A stretch of DNA of 64,000 bases from Negaprion brevirostris. Its lineage: Eukaryota. Below the pieces are notes generated by a model. That model made no database searches, was not told the DNA's origin, and saw only the letters and a list, made by a program, of their open reading frames with translations. The DNA lies in contig JARDVH010000110.1 of the NCBI GenBank assembly GCA_030324005.1, positions 22,641,475-22,705,474 on the forward strand, written 5' to 3'. Of the stretch, positions 60,071 through 64,000 are shown piece after piece (positions within the stretch are counted from its first letter, which is position 1; every line of letters begins with the position of its first letter). The translations under genes and the position numbers were made by a program.

Positions 60071-61745
60071 GCTGTGCCCCAGATGCTCCTCCTCGCCCTT
60101 CAGATGCCTGAAGACCCCTGTGCTCCTCCACGGGGATAGAGGGGCAGCTGGAATGTGGCCCAGAGCTCTGCTGTCCTCTGGCACTGACACTCATGAATTC
60201 CCACTTATGCTTGCACCATGCAATTGATACCCTCACCATAGAGCTCATGCCCTCAAACGTAGAAGTCATGAGCTAAACCATGATGTAGACATCCCCTGCC
60301 ATGGAGTGCTTGTCCTGTGCCAAGTTCTCCACCATGAATACCACACTAGCAGTGTTGGTCTTGATATGCTGAAGTGATGGCACCATCTCCTCAGCAGAAG
60401 ACAGTGGGACTCCTCCAGTCGTCCATACATGCTGAGGAGGGGAATGCTGTCATCCTTGATGCCACTGCAGTTACATCAGCTCTGGAATGACCAGGCCCAG
60501 GGTCACATCATCGTTGAGGGTCCCATCAGATTCCTGGTCTCCAGCATTCCTTTGAGTGCCAGTTTCCTGGGACATCCCTGCCTCCACCTGCTATGGATTT
60601 TCAGCTGTACAGTGCTCACCATTGAGTGACCCAGAAGTCTGTCTACTTCATAATCCCACAGAGGTGTGAGTATCTGTTCCACAGTGGGGTCTGAGAGTTT
60701 TCCTTCAGAGCTGTTGAGTGCGGTGGCTCCAGGAGGCACAAGGATGATACAGTCTGCTTGGCTAATTTGCCATCAAGAGGAGGGAGACGGCATTAATGCA
60801 TTACACAAGATAAAGAGTGAACATTGATTGCTCACTTGAGATTGGAGAATCTCTTTGTGTCTTCAGGATTCTCCCTTTAGTCTGCTGTCCCCCTTCACTA
60901 TCAGCGCAGGTGCAATCTCCCTCCTCTCTGGCCAGCTAGAGGGCCCTGTCCTCAAAGGGCATGAGTTCTGAGTTCTAGCACGACTCCAGCTGGCTGCGCC
61001 TACTTAAACTTGTTGTGTTTGAGTTTGTCCTGCAATGACAGAGATAAAGAAAATGTAGGAGAGAGGCATGAATTGAAGATGGTGATGAGATATGGCTGGT
61101 ATAGGGCTTGAGTAGCAGTTGCAGTTGGAGGAGCAGGGCAGATACTGGGGAGGGGGGAGGGGGAGAGAGCATGGTGACTGGGGGAGGTGGGAGAAGGGCC
61201 TGGTATTGACAGCCCTGAGGTGGTTGGGTGAGAGATAGTGCTGGAGGTGGGACGACTGTGCGAGGGGATCCAGAAAGAGTTTGCAAGTGGTTCACTTACC
61301 CTGAGCGAAGACGATTTATCTACTTCTGATACTGCTCTCCTATCTTCCTTTGAAGTTGGAGCTCTCACAGGGACTGTCATTACATCCCAGGCCGGGGGTG
61401 GTGACCTTGCTGAAACTGGGAGTAGAGTTCATCCCACATCTGCTGCATACCACCCAGCAATCTGGTCAGGGCTCCCTCTGTAAACCCCTTGGCTGCCATC
61501 ACTGAAATAGATCTGGAACAAGTGCTGGGGAGCCGTCTATGTGGAGCTGCCCAGTGATTGCAGCCATTAAATTGTGGCAGGGTGGGCAAATCAGAGGAAG
61601 CACACCACAAGCGCAATGTGATTCTCATGTGCATCAAAAGTTTTGCTAATGAGGCATAAGATTTGGCCAGAAATCACACTGGCAGAAATCACTTTGTTCT
61701 TCCATGCCAGAACCGACACTCTGCCAGATTCTCCAAAGATTTATT
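60070..61745 (-). pseudogene. Harbinger-type Myb/SANT-like ORF relic with introns
   Basis: ATG at 61499: MAAKGFTEGALTRLL; then RKIGEQYQK*INRLR, GTAAGT donor at 61299, TTGCAG acceptor at 61030, DKLKHNK...LMPFEDRAL; subterminal match to the 9586-10731 element. Confidence 0.6.
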
Positions 61746-62410
61746 ATCTTCAAACTATTGGCCTATGTTGTTGTATTCATAATCCTTGTTATATGATTGC
61801 TATGTTTATGTCAAATAGAAAAATATGACACGGTGGCAGGATGGTCCTTGGATATTTTACTGAGAATTATACAAGCCTCACCCTTTCAAATGTGGTAGAA
61901 GAAATGGTGTGGAAGTAAAACAACTATCGAGTACTGTGAAAGTGATTCTTTAGTGCTGTAAGGAACCTACACACTGTGACTGCATTCTAGTACCTCACAC
62001 CTCACTCCAGGCAGAAAGTATAAGGTCCAATATGGTTATTTGAGTTTGGGAAAGCATAATTAGTCCACATGCAGCAAAGTTTGTGCAGGAACAGAGATTA
62101 AGTTAATGACTCTGGAGGGGGCTTGCTTTAAATAGAACTCCACAGACAGGAGGAATCCACTACAGCTGGAAGGCCAGGGGACCACTAAAACATTGCAGAT
62201 TGGGGCTAGGGAAGAAAGGTTTATCCATTAATTGTTATCAACAGCTCCTAGCTGTAGAAAACATTTTTTTTAACTATTTAGTTTTACCATCGAAACCTCC
62301 AGTCCATTTTCATGGCAAAATTATTGTTTTGTGGACAGAGCTTAAGCCAAACTTGAGAAAACAGAAACAGATCAACACCAGCAGCCACGATTGCACCAAA
62401 GCAACAACCT

Positions 62411-62519
62411 GGGGCAGATTTTCCCGTTCCGTCCATCATGGGAATCAGAGTGGGCACAGTGCAGACCATGGAAAGGTCCACCGGTTTCGGGGCGAGTGAG
62501 ATGGGAAAATTCTAGTCCC
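62411..62519. mobile_element. Short Harbinger-type MITE
   Basis: ggggcagattttccc / gggaaaattctagtccc; gaccatggaaaggtcc core. Confidence 0.65.
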
Positions 62520-62759
62520 CCATGTCTGCCTACGGCTCGGGCCACTTAAGGTTCTGCAACTCAAGGAACCAAATCAAGTTAAAGTGTTGTAAAAAAGTCT
62601 GAAGAGTTGTTCCTATTTCCAGATACAATTAATAATCCTGCAAAAAACCAAAAGGATGATCACAAAATTCCCAACATTCAATTAAAAGACAATTGATTTC
62701 CTATCTGGGTTTGCTTTGTTCTGACAATCTACTGCACTCATTTTCCAGAATTCAGTACT

Positions 62760-63320
62760 TCCAAACCAGGTAACAAGCCATTAAGATTGAAATTTCAATA
62801 AGTAATGAAGACCTATACATCTTGAGTGCTTTAGGTCTGCTTGATGATGAACTTAAATATCCAGATGAAAGATAGTCAACATTCGAAGATCAATGAAGCG
62901 TGAAGCTCACAATCTGAATAGGCCAGCTGGAATTCCTATCTTGTGAGTAACCAACAACAGAGACCATTGATCAGTTTGTAAGTAGATTCAGAGACAAGGA
63001 GCATCATTGCAATGATGCAGCATTGGAGCTAGCCAAAAGAATAATTGAGCTTGTGATAACATCTACCCTAAAAGACGCATTCTAAAATGATCTCTTGGTT
63101 ACAGCATCAAAACACCACTACAAAGTGGATGCCAGTATAAAACCATACCCGGTGGACAGAGTCTATAGGCTATGCATCATTCATCTACCATTGAAACAAT
63201 AGTCAATGCAAGCAATGTGGACAATATGGCCCCATACATGCACAAATAGCCCAGTATTTAATGATGTATGCAAGGCACATGGTACCAGAAGCAGAAAGAA
63301 AAGGCCAGAACAAGTGGATT
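62760..63320 (+). mobile_element. Gypsy gag remnant
   Basis: Q.TETIDQFVSRFRDK..HC......LAKRIIELVITST, followed by a decayed CKQCG zinc-knuckle region. Confidence 0.6.
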
Positions 63321-63714
63321 GCCATCAATAGGCCACATGGCACAGTTGGAACCACACATGTATACTTATTATAAACATAAGCACTTAATGTTGCTGGAAT
63401 AATGTGATATGATATATATGTACCTTTAGTGGGGTGCATCCTAAACTGTTGTCAATCATTATTCAACTCTAGACCACATGACTCTGTCCCCTGTACAGTA
63501 GCACCTCTCCAAGGCAGATATGTAGACTCAGCTTCCATTTAACACTTTATATAGTCTTATTCTAAATAAAAAGTCCATTTTATTGTTTTACCAATCCTTA
63601 AGTCAAATAGAAGAGTATAACAGGCAGGGTTTTCCCTGGGGTCATTGAGGCTGGAGAAGGCCCTGAATTGGCCTTCCTCAAAGAAGGTTTCCTGCCTCTA
63701 GATTTGAGGCTGTT

Positions 63715-64000
63715 TAAAACTCTGCTTCCTGTGCCCTTATTCTCACCAAGTCCCATTCACCCATCAGCCCTGTGCTCACCTGTCTACTTGGACTTCCTGT
63801 TCAGACTTCATCTTGATTTTAAAATTTAGACATTACTTTGATTTAAAAATTTTCATCCATATTTTCAAATTCCTCCATGGCCTCACCCCTCCCTACATCT
63901 GTTATCTCGTCCAGACCAACAAGTGTCCGGGATAACATGATTCTGGCCTCTTGAGCAGCCATGATTTTAATTGCTTCAGTATTGCTAACAAGGTCTGAAG
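63715..64000 (+). mobile_element. L2 LINE 3' fragment
   Basis: TKSHSPISPVLTCLLGLPV...IFKFLHGLTPPYICYL resembles the L2 motif HITPVL..LHWLPV...KALHGLAPPYL. Confidence 0.75.

Noticed and set aside
1-64000. CRISPR array, prokaryotic operon, rRNA or intact viral/Polinton genes
   Set aside because: No regularly spaced repeat-spacer array, no gene-dense region and no long intact ORF; the content is vertebrate interspersed repeats.

Overview
Eukaryotic, AT-rich, repeat-dense, essentially non-coding draft-assembly DNA. The repeat inventory points to a cartilaginous fish, most likely a shark: HE1/V-SINE-like tRNA SINEs, DeuSINE-like SINEs and CR1/HER1-like LINEs. I cannot support any host protein-coding gene; the ORF-track entries are TE remnants, N-gap artefacts or noise, so the window is probably intronic or intergenic. 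It contains about 20 SINEs of four types, degraded CR1, L2 and RTE LINEs, Gypsy gag and pol relics, and solo LTRs. It also has many PIF/Harbinger-type MITEs (3-bp TSDs), a Harbinger-type Myb/SANT ORF relic with spliceosomal introns, and three Penelope-like (PLE) families whose ends carry minimal hammerhead ribozyme motifs. The most interesting signals are: (1) about 200-bp palindromic, TSD-flanked mini-elements with a hammerhead in each arm and a compensatory stem-II change between copies; (2) three short local inverted duplications, two abutting or inside Harbinger-type elements; (3) two candidate + strand exons in TE-free islands. All family names come from motif recognition by eye, not database searches, and boundaries are approximate unless TSDs are quoted.
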